Source of the DNA: Eledone cirrhosa
Lineage: Eukaryota
Length of the DNA stretch: 64,000 nt
Assembly: GCA_964016885.1 (NCBI GenBank)
Contig: OZ024741.1
Coordinates: 282,720,001 to 282,784,000, forward strand
Direction of reading: 5' to 3'
The notes under the pieces are model-generated. The model was given only the letters and a program-made list of their open reading frames with translations, did not search any database and had not been told where the DNA came from. How positions within the stretch are numbered: the first letter of the stretch is position 1; the number at the start of each line of letters is the position of its first letter. Shown here one piece after another: positions 1-12,342 of the stretch. A program made the translations under genes and the position numbers.

Positions 1-426
1 CGTCAACAGTGATAACAGTAAACCATAAATTTATCCAGACTGTGTTTTGTAGGCGAAGAGGCAGGACCACACTACAGTATATTTATCATGACCGCTGGTT
101 ATTTTACTGATAGATAACAGATGGGATGGCCCCAGAATGTATCCTCCTTCCTACAACTGCAGACCTACCGACGTCTAGAAACCCAAACGGGGAGAACCAT
201 GAAAAAAAGTGCCCCAAAACGGGGAGATTTTACATAATGAAAGCTATCCAATTTTCACAAGAGAAGACTTCACTCACCTACGCCAAAGTGGGTGGGAGAT
301 CTCTCCGTCGGACGGGGAGAATTGACAGGTCCGCAACTGTTGCAGTAAATCCTATCATCAGGTAAATATATCTATTGTCTTCTCTGCGAGATTGCGGGTC
401 ACTTTTCTTGTGGTGGTCGTGGGAAA

Positions 427-457
<31 letters not shown>

Positions 458-552
458 CATATATAATATGTGGACTCCCGAGTTATGTCGGTGGGTAACC
501 ACAGTTAAAAAGGCTACTCAATACATTAATAGAGCATAGGCATCTTTAGTAA

Positions 553-673
553 ATCTGAGTTCAAATCCCGCCGAGGTTAACTTTACCTTTCATTCTTACG
601 GGGTCGATAAAATAAAGTACCAGTAATGCACTGGTATAATTGCTGGCCTTGTGCCAAAAAGTAGAAACAATTA
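553..673 (+). mobile_element. tRNA-derived SINE, family A (5'-degenerate copy)
   Basis: B-box GAGTTCAAATCC, body CCTTTCATTCTTACGGGGTCGATAAAATAAAGTACCAG and tail GTAGAAACAATTAT; matches the fuller copy at 23236-23418. Confidence 0.8.
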
Positions 674-678
674 TATGC

Positions 679-791
679 AGAAATGACTTCTACGGGAATA
701 GAACTGTTTCATTCATATAAAATCATCAGGAATGTATGACCTGATGATTTCATATGAATAAAACAGTTCTCGTCCGGTAAAAGTAATTTCT
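679..791. ncRNA. Palindromic element with two divergent hammerhead-ribozyme-like cores
   Basis: 52-bp arms 679-730 and 740-791 (45/52 identical by eye). Minus arm reads CTGATGA-TTTT-ATAT-GAAT-GAAAC; plus arm reads CTGATGA-TTTC-ATAT-GAAT-AAAAC-AGTTCTC-GTC. Confidence 0.6.
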
Positions 792-799
792 CTCTCTCG

Positions 800-837
<38 letters not shown>

Positions 838-848
838 ATCTCTCTCTC

Positions 849-936
<88 letters not shown>
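790..936. repeat. Compound (TC)n-(TA)n microsatellite
   Basis: Direct reading of sequence. Confidence 0.95.
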
Positions 937-939
<3 letters not shown>

Positions 940-2014
940 ATAATAATAAATTTGAAGACTAAAATCCAAAGAGGGCTCGATAAGGATAAATATATATCAA
1001 ATATATAAGAACCGTAGACTGGGAGATCCTAGCTAGGGCTAGATCGTATAACGGTAATAAAAGACCATGTGACCTCTGCGCCGCTGGGGCCCTGGAAATA
1101 CTCTACGCCAGACACCACATCTTAAACAAAAAATCTGAGGCAATTTCGGCTTGTAAACATAAATTGCACAAAACTTTCCTGTATTACAGCCCCACGCTAT
1201 ACCCTAACGGATAGTACGATTTATACGTGGATATTTTACGTCTTGATGTGGGAGCTAAGTATGTTTTGTTTATACCATTACTTATTTGCATAGGTAAGTA
1301 TATTTTACCCGTATGTTTTGTGAAGGTACGTATACCTTCTCGTACGTATATTTGATTGTTTATGTTATGGCGTATAATTTTATATATTCTGGTACATATG
1401 GTTTGGCTATGTGTATACGGGAGTTTTGCGTCTGTGCGAGTATGCAGGTTCGTACGTATGTTGGGTGTGTGTATATGTGTACTTCATGTTTTGGTTGACT
1501 TACATCTCCGAACATTCGTGTATTTACATGTAGGTATGTGTGTGCGCTTGTTATATACGTATTTATTTATTTATATACGTTTATATAATTATTTATTTAT
1601 TTGTATACACGCATACACACACATATTTATATGTGCGTGGTTTTGTATACCGATGGTAAGTGTTCTGCGTATGCTTGTGTATGTACGTATTTGTTTGCGT
1701 GTATGTATTTATTTATTTCTATTACTTCTGTATTGTATTTATTTACTTTGCTCTTAACTCTGTAGCGGAGATTCATTCGGTCTCCTAGTTAGAATTTTGT
1801 CTACGACTTCTGCTATACCATTTACGTGGTTTTGTCTTTGCGTGCTATTGTTCTCCACGTTCCACATATGACGTATTATCTTCGTTTTTTCCGTTCATTG
1901 CCAGAGAACGTCTCTATGAACCACCTAAGAGAACATTAGTCTACAACCTCTTTTATACCATAAACGTGGTTCTGTCTTTGCGCGTAATTGTTTTTCACCG
2001 CTCCTATTAATGAG

Positions 2015-2082
2015 TCACCATACTGAGAACAAATGTTTCACCTTGCGGATCTTCAGCTCCCAGCTGAAGATCCACACGGTGA

Positions 2083-2084
<2 letters not shown>
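2015..2084. ncRNA. Palindromic double-hammerhead-like element, right arm truncated at (GT)n
   Basis: Minus: GAG-CTGAAGA-T-CC-GCAA-GG-T-GAAA-CATTTG-TT-CTC. Plus: CTGAAGA-T-CC-ACAC-GG-T-GAAA. Shares flank CACCATACYGAGAACA with 3585-3599. Confidence 0.65.
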
Positions 2085-3565
<1,481 letters not shown>

Positions 3566-3566
3566 T

Positions 3567-3698
3567 GGTAACAACAGTTAGTTCACCATACCGAGAACAA
3601 TTGTTTCGCCTTACCGGATCTTCAGTTCGTACAGAGTACAGAGTACGAGCTGAAGATCCGGTATGTTCTCAGTATGGTGAACTAACTGTTGTGTTACC
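3567..3698. ncRNA. Palindromic double-hammerhead-like element (same family as 2015-2084)
   Basis: Minus: GTACGAA-CTGAAGA-T-CC-GGTAA-GG-C-GAAA-CAATTG-TT-CTCGGTAT with palindromic stem III ACAATTGT. Plus arm GTACGAG-CTGAAGA-TCCGGTA lacks about 12 nt including GAAA. Outer arms ACAACAGTTAGTTCACCATAC / GTATGGTGAACTAACTGTTGT. Confidence 0.7.
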
Positions 3699-3753
3699 CC
3701 TTCTACCTAACCATGGACTGTGTGTTCTACTACTACGGATATTACCTTCCAGT

Positions 3754-3754
<1 letters not shown>

Positions 3755-3842
<88 letters not shown>
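3755..3842. repeat. Compound (CT)n-(AT)n microsatellite
   Basis: Direct reading. Confidence 0.95.
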
Positions 3843-3847
<5 letters not shown>

Positions 3848-3922
3848 TGTTGTCTGTGTGTGTCCTCATTTTTGCAAAGTCTATACAAATCCACATTTCT
3901 ACTCCGATTGACTTCAAACTTG

Positions 3923-4123
3923 TTTAGACGACGTGTATTTGTGTATTTATGACTTGCAAAAATATTCAGAAGAATACGAATGGCTGGTGCGTGTTTGTAC
4001 AATCAGCTCCAAGAAAAATGCGTGTTGTCGCTCTGCATCTTTTTTGCCGGAGTGTCTGTGTTATTTTTATGACGTCCGTTTGTGACGTCAGAGCTATCAC
4101 ACCACAGGTGTCGCTTCGCTACA
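3923..4123 (-). repeat. 3' LTR
   Basis: Near-identical to 8650-8848; adjacent to the PPT. Confidence 0.92.
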
Positions 4124-4128
4124 TATAG

Positions 4129-4137
4129 CCTTCCTCC
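4129..4137 (-). promoter_or_regulatory. Polypurine tract (GGAGGAAGG)
   Basis: Purine run 5 nt before the TG start of the 3' LTR on the minus strand. Confidence 0.7.
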
Positions 4138-4224
4138 AGATGGCCAATCGATGAAGAAGTAAACATATGTAGTGAGAAGCAAGGCAAAGATAGGTAATAA
4201 ACAAAAGAAATGTTTGCACAAGCA

Positions 4225-5763
4225 TCAAACAAAGGGCAAGGCACGCAAAAGTGTAACAACAGAAACATGCAAAACAATCAATAAAATGCAACAAATCGTA
4301 AGAAAGACAAAAGCAAAGGGCTGCAACAAGGGCAGCTTAAATGTACACAGTTTGACACAGTTTATTTCCAAAAAGGCTCCAGTGGCCAGTTCATATAATA
4401 AAAGTTTGGAGAGTTCTTTGAACCAGTGGACTCTTCGACCGGAACGGGTCGTGGTCTGGTATCTTGGTGATTGGCGGGGGGGGGGGGGGCAAAGAAACAT
4501 GTGTGTGTGAAAAAGAGAAAGATGGGGTGTATGTGGCTCTGGTGTGTGAGCATCTGTGTGGGCCCGTTTAAGTCTATCAACCGCAATCTCTCTGGATCCC
4601 TTAATGTCTACAGTGAAATGTTTATCAGAACGAGCCAACACACGGTAGGGTCCAGAGTACGGTTGTGTGAGAGGTGGTCTCACAGCATCGTTTCTTACGA
4701 ACACACGGGTCCACGAGGCAATATCCCTCGGGACTGCAGATTTTACAGTTTGTTTCCTCGTATCCATCGGCGACAGGTCTGAAAATAAGAACGCAGACAG
4801 GATACGTAGGAAAGCGGATCTTGTGCAGCAAAAACGACAGAGGCACGCTAGAGGAGCACCATACAATAATTCGGCCGGAAAGAACCCAAGGTCCTCCTTT
4901 ATTGATGACCGAATCCCCAACAACACAATAGGGAGGTACTCGCTCCAACGTGTAGAGTCAGGAGAAGTCCGTAGAGCGGCTTTTAGTTGTCGGTGGAAGC
5001 GCTCCACCATTCCATTATATGCAGGATGATATGAAGTTGTTCGGATGTGTTTAGCGCCAATGATCTTCGTCAATTCGGAGAAGAGATTCGATTCGAACTG
5101 TCTTCCACGGTCCGTTGTAATCGTGGTTGGCACTCCAAAGCGGGCAATCCATCCTGATACGAGGGCACGCGCTGTCGTTTCAGCAGTGATGTCTTTCCAG
5201 GGGATGGCTTCAGGCCATCGCGAAAAACGATCAATAACAGTCAATAGATAAGTATGACCACCACTGACTGGCCAAGGTCCCACGATGTCCACATGAATGT
5301 GCCGGAAACGAGCGTCCGGTGTACTGAAAGTACCGAGCGGAGCCGTAACGTGTTTATCGATTTTCGATTCCTGGCAAGCCAAGCAGTAATATCGCGCCTC
5401 ATATTTGGCCAGAAGAATCTGGCTGTTATGAGCTTTACTGTGGCAGAAGAATCTGGCTGTTATGAGCTTTACTGTGGCAGAAGATCCTGGGTGGGAAATG
5501 CTGTGTAAAGCAAGAAACACAGTACGACGATGGTTTAGCGGGACGAATGGTCTCGGTGAATCCATGGAAACGTCGCAGAGAACCTGTCCGTCTGCGGTGG
5601 GCAATGGCAGGTATTTCAAATTACTCGTCGCAAATTCGGCTGATGTAATATCCAACGATTCCAGTGCAGGTTGGTCTGCTGCCAAGTGATTTAAATCGAT
5701 GTCGTGGGATGACGCAATCGAACTGATCGGCAATCGAGACAGGGCGTCAGCCGCTGTGTTCAA
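4225..5763 (-). pseudogene. Gypsy integrase region (disrupted)
   Basis: H..SHPG zinc motif, [49 protein letters not shown] motif; internal duplication and read-through into non-coding sequence. Confidence 0.9.
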
Positions 5764-6185
5764 TGAGCCTGGAATGTGTTGGATGTCGTTTGTGACTTGC
5801 GAGATAAAGTCGAGATGCTTTTTTCTCTGGGCGAGTACTTGTCGGACTTTGCCCTTAAAGCGAAGGTCAAAGGTTTATGGTCAGTACAGATTGTAATAGA
5901 CCTTCCTTCGAGCATATGTGAAAAATGTTTCACGGAAACGTAGATGGCTAACAGCTTCCGGCCAAAGGTGCTGTAGCGAGTTTCTGCAGGCTTCAACTTC
6001 CTGGAGAAAAATTCCAATGGTTGTTGGTGATCGTCACTACTCTGTTGTAAGACTGCACCCACTGCAGTATCCGACGCATCAACACAAAGCGAAAGTTTGG
6101 CATTGGACACTGGGTGGACCAGCAAAGATGCACTAGCCAATGCTGATTTGGCTTTTTGAAAATCCTCGAGCTGAGTCTGAGTCAA
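5760..6185 (-). pseudogene. Gypsy RNase H region
   Basis: VDASDTAVGAVLQQ, FFSRKL, YSTF, TDHKPL; frameshifted relative to RT and IN. Confidence 0.9.
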
Positions 6186-6200
6186 AGAGATTTCCTTGTT

Positions 6201-7037
6201 CTACTTGCGGCAATTTTTTAGAATCTCAGTAAGAGAGAAGAGTAGATTAGCACAATGCGGAACAAAACGTCTATAGAAATTTATCAGTCCTAGGAATTGT
6301 CGCAACTGACGAAGTGAGGTCGGCGGAGGCAAATCCTCTATAGCCTGAACTCGTTGAGGGAGGGGTCGAATACCCTCGGAGTCAATGACATGACTTAAAA
6401 AATTCAGTGATTCCGCACCGAAAACACATTTTGTGGGATTTATTTGAACGCTGTAATCCTTGCGTCGACAAAACAAAAGATTCAAATGACGTATGTGTTC
6501 TTCTCTGGAGGAACTAGCAATAAGCAGATCATCAATATAAGTGTAGACGAAGGCTAAACTACGAGTGACCTCATCCATGAACCGTTGAAAGGTGCTAGCA
6601 GTATTCCTAAGTCCGAAAGGCATGGTAAGAAATTCGAATGATCCAAATGGAGTCGTAATGGCCGTTTTCGGAATATCGTCTTTCTTGACAGGAATTTGAT
6701 GATAGGCTCGCACCAAATCGAGCTACGAGAAAATTTTACATCCCTGCAACGACGATGCAAAATCTTGCAAGTGTGGGATAGGGTATCTATCTGAGACAGT
6801 TATAGCATTTAACTTCCTATAATCCCCAGTGGGTCTCCAGAAGTCATGGGTACCATGTGCAACGGAGAAGCCCAATGGCTCGCAGAAGGGCGAATTATGC
6901 CAAGCTACAGCATGTGGTTGAACTTGGACCGTGCTGCCTTCAATTTGTCCGCAGGCAAGCGACGAGGACGTGAGAACACTGGGGCGCCAGTTGTAGAGAT
7001 AAAATTCTCTGTTGTGTAAGTCGGTTCGACAACTCAA
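6201..7037 (-). pseudogene. Gypsy reverse transcriptase region (frameshifts and stops)
   Basis: [50 protein letters not shown]. Confidence 0.92.
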
Positions 7038-8225
7038 AAATTTCCCTGAGTAAGCTGTGGGAAAGAATTCAACAATGCATGATAGGGATTCCCAGCATTA
7101 GCGATGAAAAAGGTCGGGCTGACCGTTGGAAAATTAGCTTTCTGGCCACGAAGAGAAAAACCAGTAATGCCGTCTACTAGGCGTCGGCCACGGATGTCCA
7201 CCGTCAATGCAAAATGGTGTGAATTCTCGTCGAAGATTTCTGAATTGCAGAGGAAGTGAGATTTGTCCAAAAGTCCGTATCGGCGAATGATTGACAGCTT
7301 GTAGATTCATTGATGACTCAGGAGGAGTTTCTTTAACACAGTTCACCGGCCAAATGCTGCAGGAGGCTCCCGTATCTACGAGGAAAGATCTTCCGGACAG
7401 GGGGTCCTCAATAAAGAAGTGGCGGTTTGGGTGTGTAGCACAGAGATCAGCTGCCGCCTTCAGTGACTCTGGTCTGCGTTTCCCGAAGTTGAATAGTTAC
7501 ACGGTGGCCGGCTGTGTTTTGCTTTATCAGCGAAGGTGGCATGATCCCAGCAAAAAGACGAATTGCTGGCGGACAAGCTGGCGTTACGGCGTGAAGGAAC
7601 GCGAACGACTTCTTGGCCGCCTGGGAGATGGCCTACTCTCCCTACATAATTTCGCGACTTGACGCGTCAATGCGTCAATCGCCTTCAACATGGCATCCTC
7701 GTGTGTCGAGAAGGGTTGGTTCGGAAAAGTCGAAGAGGCAACAAGCGAGTCCAACGAGGTAGCTTTCCTAGAGAATTCCACAATTCGATCGGCAGACGCA
7801 GCGATCTGCTCCACCGAGCTCGAGTCCACTATGGTAGCCAATATAATCTGTACATTGTTTGGCAAGCGAGAAAAAATAGCTTTTTGATAAATAAACTATC
7901 CTCATCGGGCGATTCACTGAGGTCCCGAATGTGGCGTAAAAATTCGGACGGCGACCTGTCGCCTAAACAATGCACGAAACCTGCTTTCAGCAGAACGGCA
8001 GTTTCTCCTTCATATTTCCGTCCTCAACGAATCATACGAAGTACCGGTTGGCGGGTCCGTTATTAAATCTTTCACCGTGATGGCGAGAGACGAAGGTATA
8101 CCACTAATCAAAACATTGAGTTTCTACTCTGTTTAAATTCCATTTGCAGCAAAATATGCATCCAGTTGCGCAAACCAGAGCTTGGGCTCACCGGGGAACG
8201 CAGGTAAATTAGGACTACTCATCAT
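7034..8225 (-). pseudogene. Gypsy gag-protease region (degenerate)
   Basis: MMSSPNLPAFPGEPKLWFAQLDAYF from 8225; CWDHATFADKAKHSRPPC about 7500-7550; FLVDTGASC at 7359-7385. Confidence 0.85.
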
Positions 8226-8634
8226 TAGCATGTATCAGTTCCACATAAAAAATACTAAATGATATCCAAGTAAAGAAATGCAACGCGTGTTAGATGTTCA
8301 GAACAACGGGAAAACAACACAAATTTCCCTCAACATCCATGAAGAATCGACAAGTCACAATAATTCAAGGCAGAAAAATTAAATGTTTTTTGTTTTTTTT
8401 AATTGGAGGAGATGGCATCACATGATGCGTCTCAGCCAATCAGATGGCTGCATTTCGGAGAAGAAAGACAATTGGCGGACCAGTCAGCCATTGTGAATTT
8501 TTTTTTTGTGTTAAACGAACAATTTTCAATTTCGTTATTTTCGCATAGTTGCAAGAAATAAAATATTAGTTTCGTCAATTTTTTTTTTCTATGTTTCTCT
8601 AGAAGTTTTTTTTAGAAGGCTGTGTAATGCATAA

Positions 8635-8648
8635 TCGGGGTCAACCAC
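8635..8648 (-). promoter_or_regulatory. Primer-binding site, tRNA-Trp-like with 2-nt insertion
   Basis: Minus strand TGG(TT)TGACCCCGA, 1 nt after the 5' LTR; canonical Trp PBS is TGGTGACCCCGA. Confidence 0.75.
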
Positions 8649-8649
8649 T

Positions 8650-8848
8650 TTAGACGACGTGTATTTGTATATTTATGACTTGCAAAAATATTCAGAAAAA
8701 TACGAATGGCTGGTGCGTGTTTGTACAATCAGCTCCAAGAAAAATGCGTGTTGTCGCTCTGCATTTTTTTGCCGGAGTGTCTGTGTTATTTTTATGATGT
8801 CCGTTTGTGACGTCAGAGCTATCACACCACAGGTGTCGCTTCGCTACA
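8650..8848 (-). repeat. 5' LTR
   Basis: Near-identical to 3923-4123; adjacent to the PBS. Confidence 0.92.
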
Positions 8849-8966
8849 CTTGCATATATATATTCCTTGCGGTCAAAAGATATTAACTGCAGCTTTTATT
8901 TTTCAATTTTCTGTTGTTAAAGTGGTATTAGGCGCCGGTTATCCATCTCCGTAGCGCTCTTATAAT

Positions 8967-9077
8967 TGTTTCTACGTTAGGCACAAGGCCAGCAATTACC
9001 CAGGGCATTACTGGTACTTTATTTTATCGACCCCGTAAGGATGAAAGGCAAAGTCAACCTCGGCGGGATTTGAACTC
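8967..9077 (-). mobile_element. SINE family A, 5'-truncated, with 14-bp TSD
   Basis: TSD AGCGCTCTTATAAT at 8953-8966 and 9078-9091. Confidence 0.88.
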
Positions 9078-9142
9078 AGCGCTCTTATAATATCTGTCTG
9101 TATGCCTGGCTGTCTGCATTACGACATTCTGACGAACATTGA

Positions 9143-9330
9143 TGACGTATTATGTTCGCTATTTTCCGTTCATTGCCAGGGAACATCTTCACGAACCAAA
9201 GTATCGTCTTCCTGTTTTCCTTCGGTTGCAACGTTTTTAGAAATATTTACTTCTGCGTTCACAGATTGATGTTTTTAGTTTCAGAAGATCCCGTTAAGGG
9301 TGAAAGCAACGATTCATTGCTTAAACTTTA
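9143..9330. repeat. Unclassified dispersed repeat (copies at about 1870-1925 and 60694-60880)
   Basis: GACGTATTAT...TTCCGTTCATTRCCAG...TTTCAGAAGATCC...GCTTAAACTTT shared between loci. Confidence 0.75.
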
Positions 9331-9344
9331 ATCTGTTATTTTAA

Positions 9345-9976
9345 TCTATATATGTATATATATAAAACTGATAAACGATGTATGTATGTACCCGAGAAGT
9401 ACCCAACCGATTTTGTTCAAACACTACATGTGTATTACTTATATTTCAGGGAGTGTTATGCACATAAAAAAATTCAACTTTTTGATCCCTTAGGGCCCGC
9501 ATTAGGTGAAAAACTGCGTTTTTTCCGGGTTTTTAGGGGTTTTTTTTTAGACGTTACGTCAGACCGATTTCCTTGAAATTGTAACTATGTATTAGTCAGT
9601 CTCTTCTTCATACCGTGAGCAAAGAAAATCCAACTTTTTTATGGCCTAGGGCCCGCAGTAGGTGAAAAACTTCATTTTTTCCAGCTTTTTAGGGCTCTTT
9701 TGAGGCGTTACGTCTAGCCGATTTTTCCCGAAATTTCAAGGCATATTATGCACATAAAAAAAATTCATTTTCTTGATCCCCTAGGGCCCGCGTTAGGTGA
9801 AAACCTGCATTTTTCCTGCTTCATCGAAGAAAATCTTAAAGATTATCCAGCAATCAGAGTATTCGGTTTATTTTCTTTACATATTGTCCAGGCATGCAGT
9901 TTTTCCAAGATTAGGTCTGTTGGCGGCCCGCGTTCCAAAATACCTTATCCCGTGCAACGCCGGGTTCCACTGCTAG
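9345..9976 (+). mobile_element. Non-autonomous Helitron-like element with three internal subrepeats
   Basis: A|TC start followed by TATATA..TAAAA; 3' hairpin CCCGTGCAACGCCGGG then CTAG|T; repeated TAGGGCCCGC..TAGGTGAAAA blocks. Confidence 0.75.
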
Positions 9977-9988
9977 TATATATATATA

Positions 9989-10447
9989 CTAGCTGACCCG
10001 TCCGGCTGGCGGTCGGCTAGGTATACCGGGATTTTATCTTTTCAGGAATCCTCCCTACACCCCAGTGCAAAGATACCGCACGCCCTCTCAAGTCAGTAAG
10101 GGGGGGGGGGGTAACGTGCTCTGATGTTGGGTTTGAATAGTTTTGGGGATTCCCCAGTTCAGCAGCCAGTACGTTAAAGAAAATTGATAGTTACAACAAT
10201 AAAGGCTGATTAAGAAAAAGAGGGGAATGTTGTGCGACGTCATAAGAAAAGTGAGGAAGTATTGACATTTGAAATTTTAAAGAAGTGAATATTTAAATAA
10301 TGTCTTTAATCTTTTAACAAAATTCAGTAGACAAATATACCCTCACTTTTTTACTTGGAAAAAGTTACATCTATAGTGCAAATTTGGTGTATTGGTCCAG
10401 CCGTTTGGCGGAAAGTTTGTTACCTATATACGGCCGTCAGCTTTATA

Positions 10448-10521
<74 letters not shown>

Positions 10522-10525
10522 CAGA
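9989..10525 (-). mobile_element. Non-autonomous Helitron-like element (tail-to-tail with the previous one)
   Basis: Minus 3' end GC-rich hairpin GACCGCCAGCCGGACGGGTC then AG-CTAG|T; 5' end TC..(TA)n CTATAAAG. Confidence 0.6.
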
Positions 10526-11079
10526 TCAAAAATAGGTGAGTTTGGAATTGTAGTCTCTTTAAAAATATAAAGAATTCCCTGGGATCGAGAAGCTATACAT
10601 TACAATTCAAAAACATTGAGGTTTTCTGGTCATACTAAAATAATGAAAAAATTAAACGGATTTGTTTTAAGCGCCGAAACACTTACATGAGGAGAGGGGA
10701 TTCTTCTCTGAAGACTTTCTGCTGTCCAGCTCTCCTGAAAGATTCTTACCACTTTGTTTCAATATAGGCGTAAACAAGGGAGGTAATTGCAAACTATTTC
10801 TTGAGAACAGAATCTAAGGGAAATAACTATGACGGTCAGATAGAAAAATATATCGTTAATACGTTTGAATGAATTTTATTTAGTCAAGAACATTGAAAGA
10901 TCGTTTAATCCTAGTCCCATATTGTTTATTTAGGACTTAAATTACTTGTCATACATTTTTCTGATAAAATTAGGTGTTTTTTTTTTATATCAAAATATAA
11001 AAAAAATGAACGAGCCTAAATTCAAAGTTTTTGAAAACATCTCGTCAGCTCATTCAACTGATGTAAACAGAAGATTGAA

Positions 11080-11205
11080 GGCGACGATTTGGCAGTCGTC
11101 AGGTCGGCGGATAGAATGCTTTGTAGCATTTGTTCCGGCTCTCTGTGCTGCCTTTCATCCTTTTCAAGGTCGGTACAAAAAGTACCAGTCTAGTACTGGA
11201 ATTGA
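11080..11205 (+). mobile_element. SINE family A, degenerate
   Basis: GGCGACGATTTGGCAG head; GCCTTTCATCCTT..GGTCG..AAAGTACCAG body. Confidence 0.6.
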
Positions 11206-11426
11206 TTCTTCCTCTATATCTCTATCTCACACACTCTCTCCAGTTAAACAAAAACTAAAGTATCGAACACGGAAGCCAGCAACAACGCCTGGTGACAAGC
11301 TGGGAGTATCGGCAGGAAAACGTCCCTTTTTGGGTAGTTATTTACTACAGTGATATATATATATATGTCTTTCACAGTCTTTCTCTCACTTTATTTTTCT
11401 CTCAACATTTTTTATGAAAAAAAAAA

Positions 11427-11503
11427 GTTTCGGTATACAAACATTTTGGATGACGAACAGCCTTCAGGAACGAATTAAGTTTGTGAGCCGAGGTTTCACT
11501 GGA
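11427..11503 (-). mobile_element. Fragment of Tigger/pogo-like MITE end
   Basis: Reverse complement (CAGTGAAACCTCGG..ACAAACTTAATTCGTTCCTGAAGG) matches 17881-17955. Confidence 0.55.
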
Positions 11504-11629
11504 CTGACAGAGCTCACATTGTAATAATTTATAGTAATTTCCTATAAGACTGCTGTTATGTTATTAATAAGCTTTTTTGCAACCAACCCTTCACAACACA
11601 CCTTTGTTTATTCCTTAAAACACATTGTG

Positions 11630-11945
11630 TGTGTGGCTTAATAGTTAGGATATTCAGTTCAAAATGTAAGGTCTTGAGTTCAATTCCCAGCAGTGTGTAA
11701 TGTCCTTAAGCAAGACACTTTATTTCAGGTTGCCCCAGTCCACTCAGCTGGCAAAAACGGGTTGTACCAGTAATTCAAAGACCAGCCTTGTTACACATTG
11801 TTTCACACTGAATAGCTCAAAGAATTATGTTTAGAGTACATGTATCTATGGAATGCTCAGTCACTTGCATGTTAATTTCATGAGCAGGTCGTACCATTGA
11901 TCAAACAACTGAAACACTCATCGTTCAAAGAGACAGAGGTCCAGC
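11630..11945 (+). mobile_element. tRNA-derived SINE, family B
   Basis: A-box TGGCTTAATAGTTAGG, B-box GAGTTCAATTCC, GTGTCCTT.AGCAAGACACTT-like body; other copies at 34745-35014 (-), 52300-52450 (+), about 20415-20830. Confidence 0.75.
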
Positions 11946-12342
11946 AATAATGTCTAAAATAATCTCCCTACACTTTTAACTATATTATAAAAGTGCAAAT
12001 GATTTAACACTTGCAGTTTGGAAGCTATAACTAGGGATGAATGTAAGTAAAATAGGACAAACATTTCCCAGATTCTCATGACTTGGAGTAGCCACTGATA
12101 TCTAGAAGATTACAAAAACACATAGTGTCACCCCTGCTCCCCACTCTCTAGTTAACTATTCTGTATGAATTAAAAGAGGTGCTACACTATCAGTTACCAG
12201 AAAATGTGCTGTACCTGAGTTCATTTGAGAACTATTTATAAAAGAATCTTTTTCTCAACATTAACTTTTCGACATACTGTAATGATCTAAAAACAGGTTT
12301 AATTTAAATATTTTATGTATCTTTACTAGCAGACAGATCATT

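Larger units (their letters stand above)
3923..8848 (-). mobile_element. Full-length, degenerate Ty3/Gypsy LTR retrotransposon, CsRN1-like clade
   Basis: Two ~200-bp LTRs; 4-bp TSD CTTG (3919-3922, 8849-8852); tRNA-Trp-like PBS; PPT; gag with CHCC-type motif CWDH..F...A..(S)RPPC; protease FLVDTGASC; RT YIDD; RNase H; integrase, in PR-RT-RH-IN order. Confidence 0.93.

Noticed and set aside
10700-10750. CTGAAGA...GAAA on the plus strand
   Set aside because: No stem II closing the core and no stem I or III; likely chance
11630-11700. tRNA gene
   Set aside because: A and B boxes are present but there is no cloverleaf; it continues into a SINE body
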